Under the pieces are notes generated by a model, which worked only from the letters and a program-made list of their open reading frames with translations, did not search any database and was not told where the DNA came from. The position numbers and the translations under genes are program-made. A stretch of DNA of 64,000 nucleotides from Leptonemataceae bacterium (lineage in GTDB: Bacteria > Spirochaetota > Leptospiria > Leptospirales > Leptonemataceae), in contig OZ245742.1 of assembly GCA_965227295.1 (NCBI GenBank), positions 3,744,001 through 3,808,000 of the forward strand, written 5' to 3'. The first letter of the stretch is position 1; each line of letters begins with the position of its first letter. Shown here piece after piece: positions 7,239 through 18,514 of the stretch.

Positions 7239-10142
7239 TCACCCCGTCGCTCCCAACCCCACTGCCACACTTTCAATCGTCGATACCACCAGCTTACGAA
7301 TCTGATCCATCTCTTCCTCGGACGCGTCCGCTTCTTCCAGGTCCCGATAACGTCGGAGCAATTGCGTCTGCAACAGACCCAGGCTGTCCACCCAGGGTTG
7401 TTTGAGGAGGCGGGCCGCGAGCAGGTTCGGGAAGTTGCGCCGGTAGAAATCCGCCGGGTCGCTGCCGATGCCGTGCAGGAGGTTCGCCTCGCAAGTCGCG
7501 AACTCCGTGCGGATCCGTTCGAAAATGAACTGCGCGCCGTCTTGATCCCGGGCCAGGCCGGCATAGAGTTCGCCGATGTTTAAGTTCGTCTGAGCAAGAG
7601 CTAACGCGCTGTTCTGTAAAATCGCTCGAAAAAAATTCCAGTCCGCGTACATGCGCTTCACAAAGTCTTCGCCTCCCGGTACCTCGCCGCTCAGGTCGCT
7701 CAGTCCCTGGCCGAGACCGAACCAGCCCGGCAGCATTTGCCGTGACTGAAACCAGCGAAAGACCCAGGGAATGGCGCGCAGGTCGGCCACGGTTCGCATG
7801 GCGCGCCGTCGTCCCGGCCGCGAACCGATCTTCACCAGTTCCACCTCGCGCGGCGTCGCGTCCTCGAAGTACGCCACAAAGCGCGGTTCTTCGTGAATGA
7901 GATTGCGATACGTCGCGCCGGCGTGTTCGGCCAGGCGTGCCGCGGCGGCGAGGAACTCTTCCGGCGGTTCCGGATCGGGGCGCGCGTTCTTGTCCACGGC
8001 GGCGCTGACGATGGTCTCCAGGTGCATGTCCGCGATTTCTTCGACGACGTAGTAGCGTGACAGGACCTCGCCCTGTTCGGTCAGGTCGTAACCGCTGCGT
8101 GCGGCATCGGGCGGCAGCGAGTAGGCGGCGTGACGGCTGGATGCGCCGCCCCGGCCGATGGAACCGCCGCGGCCGTAAAAGAAGCGCACGTTCTGGTTTG
8201 CGCGGCGTCCGAGGGCCAGCAGCCGTTTCTGCGCCAGGTAGATCAGCCAGTTGCTGGTAAAGTAACCGCCGTCCTTGTTGCTGTCCGAAAAACCCAGCAT
8301 AACGATTTGCCGGCGTCCCCGGGCTTCAAGCTGCGCCTGGCAGGCCGGGTCGGCAAACACGGTCTCCATAATGTCGCTGCTGCGTTCGAGGTCGTCGATC
8401 GTTTCAAACAACGGAATGATGTCCAGGGCGCTGTGCCAAACGCCGTCCAGGTTCTGATAAAACAGGCCGGCGCTTTTCAAGAGCAAGAGCGCGTGCAGGA
8501 CGTCCTCGGGACGGGAGGTCATGGTGAGAATCAGATTCGTGGTGCAGTGCGGGCCGACGAACTCGTGCGCCCGGCGCACCGCGGCGAGCATCTCGTAGAT
8601 TCGTTTCACAAACTTCCAGTCATCAAAAGTTTTGAAAAATCGCTCACCCGTTTCGCTGTCCAGCGTCAGGCGCCGGAGATCCACCGCCTTCGGATCCAGA
8701 ATTTCCCGGCTCAACAGCTCGCGGTACGCCGGATCGCCGTCGTTCGCGGGACCGCTTTCCCCGGGATCGATATCGTGGCCGGCCGCGCGCAGGGCGAGCC
8801 GCGCCGCCCGGGCAATGTGCACACTGTCCTCGCGCAGATCGAGGGAGGCCAGGTGAAAGCCGAACATGGACAAACGATCGCGCAGCGGGCGGATGCGCTC
8901 CTCCGCGGTACTCTCGAAGCCGTTGCGACGCAGGGCGGCGTCCAGCACGGCCAGGTCCGCATCGGCTTCTTCCATGTAACGATACGCAAACAGCTCGTGC
9001 CCGGATTCTCCGCCCAGACGATACTGCCGGGCCCGTTCGCATTTGCGCGACATCAGTTCGATCTTCAAACGAAAGGGTTCGCGCTGGACGAAACGCAGCA
9101 GCGGATCCGGATCCAGGCCGGCCTGCTCCATGGCCGTTAGATCATCCCGAACAGAAGTTAATAGATCCCGCGCGTCGAGATCCGGCGTCCACGCGAGACT
9201 CAGCATGGGACTGGTTTTGTTCAGGGCCTTCCCGAAGAGTTCCAGGGCCGCATCGCGCTGCAGGTCCACGGCGCGCTCGTAGACGCCGGCATTCACGAAG
9301 GGGTTGCCGTCCATATCGCCGCCGACCCAGCTACCGAACCGGAGCAGGGGCCGTTCCAGGCCGGCCGGCGATCGATCAAAGACGCGCTGAAACTCGGCGC
9401 GGACCTGTGCCGCCAGGCGCGGCCCCGCATCGTAGACGGTATTGCGAAAGTAGCCGATGACCTGGCGAACTTCGTCCAGCACCTCGGGTTTTTCCACGCG
9501 GCCGAAGCGGGTGGCCGCGGCGACGTTCAGTCGTTCCCGAACGCTCCGCACCAGTTGTGCAAAGTGCGTCTCGTCCGTGGCGTTGTACAGTTCTTTGAGC
9601 AGCGCGTACATTTCCCGTCGACCCTCGAGGATGATGCTGCGAAAGATGTTGGTCGGATGCGCCGTGGCCACGAGGCGAATCTGTACGCGCTGGAGAATGG
9701 CTCCGATTTCTTCGGCGGAGACCCCGTCGTCTCGCAGGGCGGCGATGGTGCGGCCCATGCCCATGCCTTCGGCGGCGAAACGCTGTCGTTGGTGCAGTCC
9801 TTCGGCAAGACTCAGGAGTGACAGCAGCATGCGGTAGGCCGTGGTGACGGCTTCCATGCGGGCAGGATCTTCGCCCACGGCTCGTAGAAAACTTGCGCGA
9901 CCGTCCTCGGTGAGCGTGTCCGCTCTCCCGCCGGAAGCCACCAGACGTTGTAACTCTACCCCCTCCCGTTCCCGGAGGATATCGAAGAATAATGTAAGCA
10001 AGAAACGAACCGTACGCGCGAGCGCCGGGCTAATGGATTCGGCTTCTTTTATGAAATGGAGGGACGGGTCCTCATCGTCGAGGTCCAGGCCGGTCAGGAG
10101 TTGTTCGGTGTAACGATCGAAGAGCGAGTTTCCGGCAGGCAT
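7239..10142 (-). CDS. ppc: Phosphoenolpyruvate carboxylase
   Basis: TAHPT, GSWVGGDMDGNP, SDSNKDGG, GRGGSIGRGG, LRAIPWVF. Confidence 0.95.
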   Translation of the reverse strand: MPAGNSLFDRYTEQLLTGLDLDDEDPSLHFIKEAESISPALARTVRFLLTLFFDILREREGVELQRLVASGGRADTLTEDGRASFLRAVGEDPARMEAVTTAYRMLLSLLSLAEGLHQRQRFAAEGMGMGRTIAALRDDGVSAEEIGAILQRVQIRLVATAHPTNIFRSIILEGRREMYALLKELYNATDETHFAQLVRSVRERLNVAAATRFGRVEKPEVLDEVRQVIGYFRNTVYDAGPRLAAQVRAEFQRVFDRSPAGLERPLLRFGSWVGGDMDGNPFVNAGVYERAVDLQRDAALELFGKALNKTSPMLSLAWTPDLDARDLLTSVRDDLTAMEQAGLDPDPLLRFVQREPFRLKIELMSRKCERARQYRLGGESGHELFAYRYMEEADADLAVLDAALRRNGFESTAEERIRPLRDRLSMFGFHLASLDLREDSVHIARAARLALRAAGHDIDPGESGPANDGDPAYRELLSREILDPKAVDLRRLTLDSETGERFFKTFDDWKFVKRIYEMLAAVRRAHEFVGPHCTTNLILTMTSRPEDVLHALLLLKSAGLFYQNLDGVWHSALDIIPLFETIDDLERSSDIMETVFADPACQAQLEARGRRQIVMLGFSDSNKDGGYFTSNWLIYLAQKRLLALGRRANQNVRFFYGRGGSIGRGGASSRHAAYSLPPDAARSGYDLTEQGEVLSRYYVVEEIADMHLETIVSAAVDKNARPDPEPPEEFLAAAARLAEHAGATYRNLIHEEPRFVAYFEDATPREVELVKIGSRPGRRRAMRTVADLRAIPWVFRWFQSRQMLPGWFGLGQGLSDLSGEVPGGEDFVKRMYADWNFFRAILQNSALALAQTNLNIGELYAGLARDQDGAQFIFERIRTEFATCEANLLHGIGSDPADFYRRNFPNLLAARLLKQPWVDSLGLLQTQLLRRYRDLEEADASEEEMDQIRKLVVSTIESVAVGLGATG

Positions 10143-10252
10143 GTTTGTTTTGCGCCTGTGCAACGGTGCGTGTCAAGGAAGAGAAAGGCCGGTCCGGACC
10201 AAAGCCATCGAAGATTCAGCGAATTTCGACGGAGCCGTCACCGGATCGTCAC

Positions 10253-11053
10253 TCACTCGCGTGCCATCATCAACACGCCGTGTTGTGTCTTCGCGATCAC
10301 ACTGTTCTTTTGAAACGACGACATCGCCTCGGCCATGTCCGTGTCACTGATTCGACTCATGGACGCCACCGCGTTCACCAGATAGAAGGCCTGGCCTTCG
10401 ATGCGAAAGGTGAGCACGTTGTCCTTTACGCCGGCAACGATTCGTCGCCGGCTCAGTTTTTTCAAAGCTGCGTCCGCATGACCGACGGCCTCGTACGGTT
10501 GCCGGACAAGATCGATGCGACGCAGGCCCAGAGACTCTGCCGTCAATTCTTCGACGATCAGCTTCTTGTTGAACTGACTGAAGCGCGCGTGCATGTCGAT
10601 CTGCGCTAAGAGTTGATCAATTTCACTTTGGGCGATCTCGCGTTCGTCGGGCCCCATGATGCCGCCGGTGTTGCGGACGATCAATTCACGAATGCGCTGA
10701 ACGATCTGCTGGTTTTGCGCAATCGTGCCTTCGACGTGGCGCAGATAATTACGAAAGTCGGCCGCATTCATGGACTCGCGGCGCAGCCCGCGCACCAGGC
10801 TGTCCATTTGTTCGGCGACGGCCAGGCCCGCCGGGTCGAGGCCCGCGGACGTGATGCGCTCGCCCGAAGCCAACTGGCCGGCGGTTTGATCGAGGCCGGC
10901 GTTGCGCAGGCGGCTCTGCCGTAGAATGAACTGTTGCGTGCCTTTGCGAAGCACGTAGAAGTTTGCGCCGGACGGCTGGAAGAGGGACTGGGCGCTCAGT
11001 GCGGAAGAGGCGAGGGAGCTGAGCAGCAACGTTAGTAACAGGATGCGATTCAT
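10253..11053 (-). CDS. Flagellin-like protein with predicted signal peptide
   Basis: LASGERITSAGLDPAGLAVAE, QRIRELIV, SRISDTDMAE; N-terminus MNRILLLTLLLSSLASSALSA. Confidence 0.85.
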   Translation of the reverse strand: MNRILLLTLLLSSLASSALSAQSLFQPSGANFYVLRKGTQQFILRQSRLRNAGLDQTAGQLASGERITSAGLDPAGLAVAEQMDSLVRGLRRESMNAADFRNYLRHVEGTIAQNQQIVQRIRELIVRNTGGIMGPDEREIAQSEIDQLLAQIDMHARFSQFNKKLIVEELTAESLGLRRIDLVRQPYEAVGHADAALKKLSRRRIVAGVKDNVLTFRIEGQAFYLVNAVASMSRISDTDMAEAMSSFQKNSVIAKTQHGVLMMARE

Positions 11054-11082
11054 GATTTACACTATATCTATATCTGTCGATC

Positions 11083-11886
11083 TCACTTCCGGCACGCGAT
11101 GCGCAGCGTACCCACCTGCAATTCCTCGGCCGGCAACTCGCGAAAACGCGTTGCCAGTCGTTCTGATGCCGGCGGTGACTGTTTGATGAGAGCATCCTCC
11201 GTGTTCGTAACGGAAAAGCCTGCGTCCTCGAATGCACGGACATAGTCCGATCGCCGCGCCCGGTTTAAATGAAAGCCGCCCCGCGGATTCAGCCAGGCAT
11301 TCCAGGTCCCGTCGGAGTACGCCAAAAAGCGGTACGGATCCGAGAACGCGCCGTGGTCTTTCAGGTCGATGCTATGGCAGGATATCCCGCCGTCTGCCAG
11401 CAGCGCATACGTGCGCCGAATCACCCCGGCATAATCCTTAACATGCTCCAGGCAGGAGTTACTGACGACCAGATCCGGCCGGGGTTCTACGGAGGTCGTA
11501 TCCATTTTCAGGAGGTCCGCCTGGTAAATCGAAAGGCCGTCCGCGAGCTGGTTCTCATCCAGGCCGAGTTCCCGGGCGAGGGCGCCGAGTTCGTTGAGCT
11601 GCTCCTGTTTCGAAGCGGCGTAGAGGTCCACCATGCTCACGTGTTTCGCGCCGGCGGCGAGAAAGAAACACGCCATGTAGGCCACGCGCCCGGAGCCGAT
11701 TTCCAGGACATGACGATCGGCCAGGTCGATGCCGAAAGACGTGAAGATGCTCTGGTAGTACTCAAAGACTCTTCGGGCATGCGCCACGGAGCCGGCGCTA
11801 CGGCCGCGCAGAGAGTCCGCGAGATAAAACAGACGCGGCGGAACCCAGTGTCGCACCAACGCGCGGGGAAGATCCAGAAACGACAT
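11083..11886 (-). CDS. Class I SAM-dependent methyltransferase
   Basis: VLEIGSG, DLVVSNSCLEHV, HSIDLKDH; start uncertain. Confidence 0.85.
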   Translation of the reverse strand: MSFLDLPRALVRHWVPPRLFYLADSLRGRSAGSVAHARRVFEYYQSIFTSFGIDLADRHVLEIGSGRVAYMACFFLAAGAKHVSMVDLYAASKQEQLNELGALARELGLDENQLADGLSIYQADLLKMDTTSVEPRPDLVVSNSCLEHVKDYAGVIRRTYALLADGGISCHSIDLKDHGAFSDPYRFLAYSDGTWNAWLNPRGGFHLNRARRSDYVRAFEDAGFSVTNTEDALIKQSPPASERLATRFRELPAEELQVGTLRIACRK

Positions 11887-12012
11887 CCCCGGAAGATTCC
11901 GCGCGACGCCGGCCCATGTCGATGAATTTTCCCGGTCGAAGACGGCCGTGCCCATGGAAAAAAAATTCGTCCATATGCGCGATCTTACGTTACACAGGGC
12001 AGGAGGAACCTG

Positions 12013-12456
12013 ATGCAAATCGAAGCGTTCGAATATACCCTGGCCGCGATGCCTGACGAAGCAGTGCGCCTGCTGTTACCGGATCATCGGGCGGTGCCGG
12101 GTAATTATCATTTGACCGAGGTCAGTCGGGAAGAGCGGCATACGGTGGACTGTGGTCGCGGGGTGAGTGCGGGCGGTCGCAGCGTCGTCGTACAAATTCT
12201 TGCGGGCAACGACGGAGAACCCATGAAGGCGGCGGCCATGAGCCGCATCTTTACGGAAAGCCGGAAGCTATTGGGGCAGGAAAGCTTGACCGGTGAATTG
12301 TTTTTTGAGTATGATGCGGGCGTGCTCGGTCGATATCGTGTAGGCGAAGTGTTGTCCCGGACCGACGGCCTCGCGGTGCTCCTGGAACCGTTGCATGCAG
12401 CCTGTCGGCCCGCGGAACGCATGCGCCGGAGCGGCGGCGGGCGTTGTTGTGCTTAA
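12013..12456 (+). CDS. DUF6428-like protein (often in metal/arsenic resistance loci)
   Basis: VPGNYHLTEV...VDCG, C-terminal CC; AGGAGG RBS. Confidence 0.7.
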   Translation: MQIEAFEYTLAAMPDEAVRLLLPDHRAVPGNYHLTEVSREERHTVDCGRGVSAGGRSVVVQILAGNDGEPMKAAAMSRIFTESRKLLGQESLTGELFFEYDAGVLGRYRVGEVLSRTDGLAVLLEPLHAACRPAERMRRSGGGRCCA

Positions 12457-13017
12457 ATGAGTGCGAAGATCGAACAGGCCTTTCGTGAACTACGGGAACC
12501 GCTGCTGCGTTTCGCGCGGCGGCGGTTGCGAAACGAAGAGGACGCGCTGGACATTGTGCAGGGTATCTTCCTGCGCCTGGCCGCGCAGCCGGAATTGCCG
12601 CCGGCCGGAGAACTGAGCGCGTACCTGTATCGCTCCGTCCGCAACGCGCTCATCGATCACGCCCGCCGGCGCGGTCCACAGGAAATCCCGTTTCAAGAGG
12701 ACGCCACGCCGACATCGGAAAATGAAGAACACACCATCCACGCGGAAATCGAAACGTGTCTGCGCGGCTTCGTAGATGCGCTGCCGCCGGAGGACCGGGA
12801 GTGGATTCGTGCCGTCTATCTCCGGGGTCGTTCGCAACGCGAATTGGCCGAAGAACAGCAAGTGCCGTACTCCAGTGCGAAGTCCCGCGTACAACGAGCC
12901 CGGGACCGCCTGCGCGCGGAGTTCCTGCGTTGCTGTCAGTTACAGTACGATGCGGGAGGCGCCGTCGCCGGCATGCGCGCGAACGCAAACGGTTGCCGTG
13001 ATTGCAGTCCTGGTTAA
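12457..13017 (+). CDS. ECF RNA polymerase sigma factor, SigZ-like
   Basis: DALDIVQGIF, SQRELAE...KSRVQRAR, C-terminal CC and CxxC. Confidence 0.85.
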   Translation: MSAKIEQAFRELREPLLRFARRRLRNEEDALDIVQGIFLRLAAQPELPPAGELSAYLYRSVRNALIDHARRRGPQEIPFQEDATPTSENEEHTIHAEIETCLRGFVDALPPEDREWIRAVYLRGRSQRELAEEQQVPYSSAKSRVQRARDRLRAEFLRCCQLQYDAGGAVAGMRANANGCRDCSPG

Positions 13018-13162
13018 ACGATGCCGGCTTCTTTGTTTTCCGCCCGCAAGAGATTGGGAGCCGTGCTCCGGGTAAATGCGCATCAGCTCATAAAATAGAT
13101 CGCGGTCCAGAAAGATCAACATGGCATTGCGATCCAGGGTCCGTGCGGTTGTCCCCCATATA

Positions 13163-13187
13163 CCATATACCCCTATAAGGTATATGG
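13163..13187. promoter_or_regulatory. CsoR/RcnR-type operator palindrome
   Basis: Perfect inverted repeat CCATATACC-N7-GGTATATGG upstream of the DJ-1/copA genes. Confidence 0.65.
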
Positions 13188-13188
13188 A

Positions 13189-13216
13189 TTGACAGCCATG
13201 CGGAAGGTCTTATACT
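13189..13216 (+). promoter_or_regulatory. Sigma70 promoter
   Basis: TTGACA-N16-TATACT, 7 nt before ATG 13224. Confidence 0.7.
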
Positions 13217-13223
13217 GTCCGGC

Positions 13224-13952
13224 ATGCCGACCGTCAGCATCGCCGTCGTCCTGTATGAGGGGTTCACCGCCCTGGACGCCGTGGGTCCGTACGAAGTGTT
13301 GTCGCAGGGCCCGGGGGTGGATCTGCGCTTCGTCGCCGAGCGCAAAGGCCTGGTGCGCACCGATACCGGGCATTTAAGCGTACAGGTCGACCATGACTTC
13401 GATGATGTCCCCCGGCCCGATGTCCTGCTGGTGCCCGGCTCCACCATCAGCTTCCTTCGCGAAGCTCGCAATCCGGCCATGCTGGAGTACGTGCGGCGGG
13501 CCCATGAACACACGCGGCATACGGTTTCGATTTGCACGGGTTCCCTTATCCTGGCGGCGGCCGGGATCTTGAAAGACCTGGAGGCCACGTCGCACTGGTA
13601 TCCGCGGCAACTGTTGTCCGCTTACGGAGCGAAGCCGGTGGACCGCCGCATCGTGGATCACGGGAAGATCATCACCGCGGCCGGGGTTTCCGCGGGCATC
13701 GACGCCGGGCTGCATCTCATGCGCAACCTCTGGAACGATCGCGAGGCCCGGCTCGCGCAGCTGATGATCGAATACGATCCGGAGCCGCCGTTCCCCGACG
13801 GCGGAAACGCGGGCACCGTGGATGCGGGCATCCTGCGTCGGGCGAAGCGTCGCCTGGAATGGGCATCTGTCGCCTGGCTGCGCAGACACGGCGAGTCGGT
13901 GGTCGGCTCGTTATGGCGCTACCTGGAACTCAATCTACGTTCGATCTTTTAA
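13224..13952 (+). CDS. DJ-1/PfpI family protein (isonitrile hydratase-like)
   Basis: [34 protein letters not shown]. Confidence 0.9.
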   Translation: MPTVSIAVVLYEGFTALDAVGPYEVLSQGPGVDLRFVAERKGLVRTDTGHLSVQVDHDFDDVPRPDVLLVPGSTISFLREARNPAMLEYVRRAHEHTRHTVSICTGSLILAAAGILKDLEATSHWYPRQLLSAYGAKPVDRRIVDHGKIITAAGVSAGIDAGLHLMRNLWNDREARLAQLMIEYDPEPPFPDGGNAGTVDAGILRRAKRRLEWASVAWLRRHGESVVGSLWRYLELNLRSIF

Positions 13953-13971
13953 CTTACACTCAGAATACATT

Positions 13972-16152
13972 ATGAACACAACCACGGAAACACCCACCAT
14001 CTACACCTGCCCCATGCACCCCGAGATCGAACAGGAAGGGCCCGGTGATTGCCCGAAGTGCGGCATGGCCCTGGAGCCGAAGGGTCTCCCCGTCGACTCC
14101 GGGGACGCAACTGCGGGCGACGATCCGGAACTTGTCGATATGCGCCGTCGTTTTTACGGCGGCCTCGTCTTTACGGTTCCGCTTTTCATCCTGTCTATGG
14201 GTGAGATGATTCCCGGCGTCGACTGGAAACGATGGTTCGGCCTCGCGCCGCCACTGGCGCTGTACATTCAGTTTGCTCTGGCCACGCCGGTGGTGGTGTG
14301 GTCCGGCCTGCCGTTCTTCGTGCGCGCCTGGCGTTCCGTGTTAAATGTCAGTCCGAACATGTTTACATTGATCGGACTCGGAACCGGTGTCGCTTATGCA
14401 TATAGTGCGGTGGCGGTGTTGCGTCCCGATCTGTTCCCGCCGGAGCTGCATACCCATCACGGCCTTGTTCCGGTTTATTTTGAATCGGCCGGTGTCATCG
14501 TGGTCCTCGTCTTGCTCGGCCAGGTCCTCGAACTGCGCGCCCGGGCGCAGACGGGGGATGCATTGCGTTCCTTGCTGGACCTGCGGCCGACTACGGCACG
14601 CAAGCTGACGGACTGCGGTCACGAACACGATGTGCCGGTCGCGGACATCCAGGCAGGCGATCGATTGCGCGTGCGTCCCGGCGAAAGCATTCCCGTGGAC
14701 GGCACGCTGGAAGAAGGATCGAGCAGCGTCGACGAGTCCATGATTACCGGGGAACCCGTGCCCGTAGAAAAACAGGTTGGAGATACCGTGTCCGGCGGCA
14801 CGGTGAACGGGAACGGCTCGTTCGTGATGATTGCCGAGCGCGTCGGCGGGGACACGTTGCTCTCGCGCATCGTGGAGATGGTGGCCGAGGCCCGTCGGAG
14901 CCGGGCGCCGATCCAGCGCGTCGCGGACCTGGTTTCCGCGTACTTCGTGCCGGCCGTCGTCGCTGTCGCCGTTCTCGCTTTCATTGTATGGCTTGTGGTG
15001 GGGCCGGAGCCGCGCTTCGCGTATGCGTTGCTTGCGGCGGTGAGTGTCTTGATCATCGCCTGTCCGTGCGCCCTGGGTCTCGCCACGCCCATTTCGATTA
15101 TGGTGGGCACCGGTCGGGGAGCGCACGCCGGGGTACTTGTCCGCGACGCGGCCAGCCTGGAAAGTTTTGAACGCATCGATACCATCGTCGTCGACAAGAC
15201 GGGTACGCTCACTGAAGGCCGGCCGCGCGTCGATTCGGTAACGATTGCTAACAGTCAGTCAAAAGAATTCAGCGAAAAGGACGCCGCCGGCCTGGCGGCA
15301 GCCCTGGAGCGAGGCAGTGAGCATCCCCTGGCCGCGGCCATTCTGGAGTACGCGGAGCCGACCGGCAGGGTGCGGGACTTTGCCGCGCATACGGGCAAGG
15401 GCGTCTCCGGCGTTCTGGAAGGCGAGGGTAAGGATCGTCGTCTGGCGTTGGGCAATGAGGCATTGTTCGAAGATCGTGCGATGATGATTCCCGATGATCT
15501 CGCTGAATGCGCGCGGGAACTGCGCGGGAAGGGACGGACCGTGGTCTTTCTCGGAGTAGACGAACAGGTCGTCGCGATCCTGGCCGTCGTCGATCCGATC
15601 AAAGAAAGCACCCCCGAGGCGCTGAGGGCCCTCCGGGACCTGGGCGTGCGCATCCTCATGTTGACGGGGGACAGCGAGGGCACGGCCCGGGCCGTGGGCC
15701 GGGAACTGGGCTTCGACGACGAGGACGTACATGCCGGCGTGTTGCCGGAGGATAAGGCCCGCATCGTGAAGGACTTACAGAGTGCGGGAGCCCTGGTTGC
15801 CATGGCCGGGGACGGCGTCAACGATGCCCCGGCCCTGAGCGCCGCCACCGTCGGCATCGCCATGGGCAGCGGAACCGACGTGGCCATCGAGTCGGCCGGC
15901 ATTACGTTGCTCAAGGGGGATCTACGCGGCATTGTGCGCGCGCGGAAGTTGAGCGATGCGGTCATGCGCAACATACGCCAGAATCTGTTCTTTGCGTTCG
16001 TTTACAACGGTCTCGGCGTTCCCCTGGCGGCGGGCGTATTGTATCCGATCTTCGGACTGCTGCTGAGCCCCATGATCGCCGCGGCGGCCATGAGTTTCAG
16101 TTCGGTGTCGGTCATTGCGAACGCCCTGCGGCTGCGCGGCGTCGATCTTTAA
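13972..16152 (+). CDS. copA: Copper-translocating P1B-type ATPase
   Basis: [38 protein letters not shown] and MxxSS. Confidence 0.95.
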   Translation: MNTTTETPTIYTCPMHPEIEQEGPGDCPKCGMALEPKGLPVDSGDATAGDDPELVDMRRRFYGGLVFTVPLFILSMGEMIPGVDWKRWFGLAPPLALYIQFALATPVVVWSGLPFFVRAWRSVLNVSPNMFTLIGLGTGVAYAYSAVAVLRPDLFPPELHTHHGLVPVYFESAGVIVVLVLLGQVLELRARAQTGDALRSLLDLRPTTARKLTDCGHEHDVPVADIQAGDRLRVRPGESIPVDGTLEEGSSSVDESMITGEPVPVEKQVGDTVSGGTVNGNGSFVMIAERVGGDTLLSRIVEMVAEARRSRAPIQRVADLVSAYFVPAVVAVAVLAFIVWLVVGPEPRFAYALLAAVSVLIIACPCALGLATPISIMVGTGRGAHAGVLVRDAASLESFERIDTIVVDKTGTLTEGRPRVDSVTIANSQSKEFSEKDAAGLAAALERGSEHPLAAAILEYAEPTGRVRDFAAHTGKGVSGVLEGEGKDRRLALGNEALFEDRAMMIPDDLAECARELRGKGRTVVFLGVDEQVVAILAVVDPIKESTPEALRALRDLGVRILMLTGDSEGTARAVGRELGFDDEDVHAGVLPEDKARIVKDLQSAGALVAMAGDGVNDAPALSAATVGIAMGSGTDVAIESAGITLLKGDLRGIVRARKLSDAVMRNIRQNLFFAFVYNGLGVPLAAGVLYPIFGLLLSPMIAAAAMSFSSVSVIANALRLRGVDL

Positions 16153-16164
16153 CTCTCTGTAATG

Positions 16165-18423
16165 TTAACTTAAGCGCTCGACGAGTTCGTGCATGTATCT
16201 ACGAAATTGATCCGGACGAATGGGCTTCGTTAGAAAATCGTCCATGCCGGCGGCCAGGCAGAGTTCCCGGTCTTCATTCATGGCGTTGGCGGTCAGCGCC
16301 ACGATGTAGGGTTGTTTTTCATGGGTTGCGGAGCGTTCCCTGCGAATGCGGCGCGTGGCGTCCAGGCCGTCCATCTCCGGCATTTGCACGTCCATGAAGA
16401 TCACGTCCGGTTGCAGTTCTGCATCCAGGCGCAGCGCTTCGAGGCCGTTCTCCGCCGTGCGGGCGCGATAGCCCAGCTTACGTAAGTACGCCAGAAAGAG
16501 CATTTGACCGTCGGGATTATCCTCGGCGATGAGAATCGACAGCGGATTCCGATCCGCGAGGACCATGCTTTCTCTGCCGGCCTGTCCGTCGGCGGTCTCG
16601 CCGGACTCCGGTTCGAAGAGGTTGTGCAGGGCCTCGAAGAGCGCACGCATGCGGATGGGTTTTTGGAGGACATGTTCGAAGAGCTCTTTCGTGTCCGCGA
16701 TCTTACGGACTTCGGTGCCCATGGACGGCACCAGGATCATCGGCGGGGCCGGATCCAACAGGCGCCGGATTTCCCGCGCGGAGTCGATCCCGTCCGTCCC
16801 CGGCATCTGCATATCCAGCAGTATCGCGTCGGGTCGGCTGTCCTTTAAGTACAGGACGGCTTCTTTCAGGTCGGCGGCCAGTTGGACATGCACGGCCCAC
16901 TGGGTGATGAGCCGTCGCAAAATATCACGGTTGATATGATTGTCGTCGACGACCAGGACGTGCCGACCTTCAAAGCCGATCAGATCACCGACGCTCTCCT
17001 CGCTGCCGCGCTGGAGCGGAACAACGAAGGTAAACGTGGAGCCCCGGCCGGCCTCGCTTTCCGCGCTGAGATCCCCGCCCATGATTATTGCCAGGCGCCG
17101 ACTGATGGCCAGGCCGAGCCCTGTGCCGCCGTGGGTCCGGGAAGTGGAGGCGTCGCCCTGGCGAAAGGCGGAGAAGATGCGATCCAGACGATCTGCCGGT
17201 ACGCCCATCCCGCTGTCCCGCACGGAGCAGGCGAGCACGATGGACTCCGGCGACGCCTCCCAGGTTTCCGCGCGCACCAGGATTTCGCCGGAGTTCGTAA
17301 ACTTCACCGCGTTGCTGATTAGATTGTGAAGGATCTGACCGAAGCGCAGGGAATCACCGCGCACGCGCAAAGGAACCTCCGGAGTAATATCCACCAGCAA
17401 AGCTATGTCCTTCTGCGCTGCCTTTAAGGAAAAAGTGGCCGCCGCGTCGGCAATGGCATCGTGCAGGTCGAACTCCTGTTCGGCGAGTTCCATCATGCCG
17501 GCTTCGATCTTGGAGTAGTCGAGGATGTCGTTCAGCAACGCCAGCAGATGATCGCCGTTGCGACGAACCACGGAAGCGAAGTCGCGTTGCTCCCGGTCCA
17601 GCGGGGTTTCGAGCAGCAGCCCGGTCATGCCGATGATGCCGTTTAAGGGCGTGCGAATTTCGTGGCTCATATTCGCGAGGAACTCGGACTTGGATCGATC
17701 CGCGCGGCGGGCCCGGCGGACCGCGTTTCGCGCGCGGACCACCAACTCGACGATCTCTTCGGCGAAGCGCATCATCCGCCGGTGGTTTGGATACCAGAGA
17801 AACGCGATCAACAGCAAGACGGCAATGAGAATGCTCAGCGCGGCGGCGCCGAGAACCATGTTCAGGCGATCGATGATGTGTTCGAGGCGCTCGTCGAACG
17901 AGAGGACGATGGCATCCATGATTCGCAAGAAGGTGTCCTGGCTTTCCAGGATATCGGCGAGATCGTTGGAATTGCTTCGGCCCCGGGCGAGGATGGACTC
18001 CGCGCCGGCAAGGAGGCCGGCGTGGTGCGGATCGGCGCGGGAGAACAAGACGCGAATGTGCGCGACGCCAGGTTCGGCCGGTAGCGCCGGAATCTCGAAG
18101 GCCGGATCGCCGAACTGGAGGGCCTGATGAACCTGGCGGAAGTTTGCGGTGGCCACTTGCAATGCGCGGAGCAATCGTTCACGATCCGTCGCCGGCCCGG
18201 GCAGGCTTAGCCGCGTGCTGAGATGGGTGATGCGCTGGCTGAGCATGCGCTGCCGTCCGGCCAGGTTGATGACCCGGGACTGGCTCTGGGCCCGGAGGAT
18301 CAGGTGACGGCTCCAGAAGACCTCAACCCCGAGAATCAACGCCACGAGGAGCGGCGTCATCCAGAGCGCGGCGTAGCTGCGGCCCAGGCGTCGCAGGAGA
18401 AGTTTCGGGTGAAAGGGCTGCAT
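16165..18423 (-). CDS. Hybrid sensor histidine kinase: NarX/PilJ-like sensor, HisKA, HATPase, two receiver domains
   Basis: [32 protein letters not shown], two DxQMP receivers. Confidence 0.93.
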   Translation of the reverse strand: MQPFHPKLLLRRLGRSYAALWMTPLLVALILGVEVFWSRHLILRAQSQSRVINLAGRQRMLSQRITHLSTRLSLPGPATDRERLLRALQVATANFRQVHQALQFGDPAFEIPALPAEPGVAHIRVLFSRADPHHAGLLAGAESILARGRSNSNDLADILESQDTFLRIMDAIVLSFDERLEHIIDRLNMVLGAAALSILIAVLLLIAFLWYPNHRRMMRFAEEIVELVVRARNAVRRARRADRSKSEFLANMSHEIRTPLNGIIGMTGLLLETPLDREQRDFASVVRRNGDHLLALLNDILDYSKIEAGMMELAEQEFDLHDAIADAAATFSLKAAQKDIALLVDITPEVPLRVRGDSLRFGQILHNLISNAVKFTNSGEILVRAETWEASPESIVLACSVRDSGMGVPADRLDRIFSAFRQGDASTSRTHGGTGLGLAISRRLAIIMGGDLSAESEAGRGSTFTFVVPLQRGSEESVGDLIGFEGRHVLVVDDNHINRDILRRLITQWAVHVQLAADLKEAVLYLKDSRPDAILLDMQMPGTDGIDSAREIRRLLDPAPPMILVPSMGTEVRKIADTKELFEHVLQKPIRMRALFEALHNLFEPESGETADGQAGRESMVLADRNPLSILIAEDNPDGQMLFLAYLRKLGYRARTAENGLEALRLDAELQPDVIFMDVQMPEMDGLDATRRIRRERSATHEKQPYIVALTANAMNEDRELCLAAGMDDFLTKPIRPDQFRRYMHELVERLS

Positions 18424-18514
18424 GAACGTCCCGCGAAGATCCCGGACGCGGCGGTTGTGCTGGACAGCCGGGCCGGGAGCCGTAAGAAAGGATTACTCTC
18501 AGGAGATTGCATAC

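Noticed and set aside
16165..18423. Hybrid kinase as a novelty
   Set aside because: NarX/PilJ-sensor hybrid kinases are a common architecture
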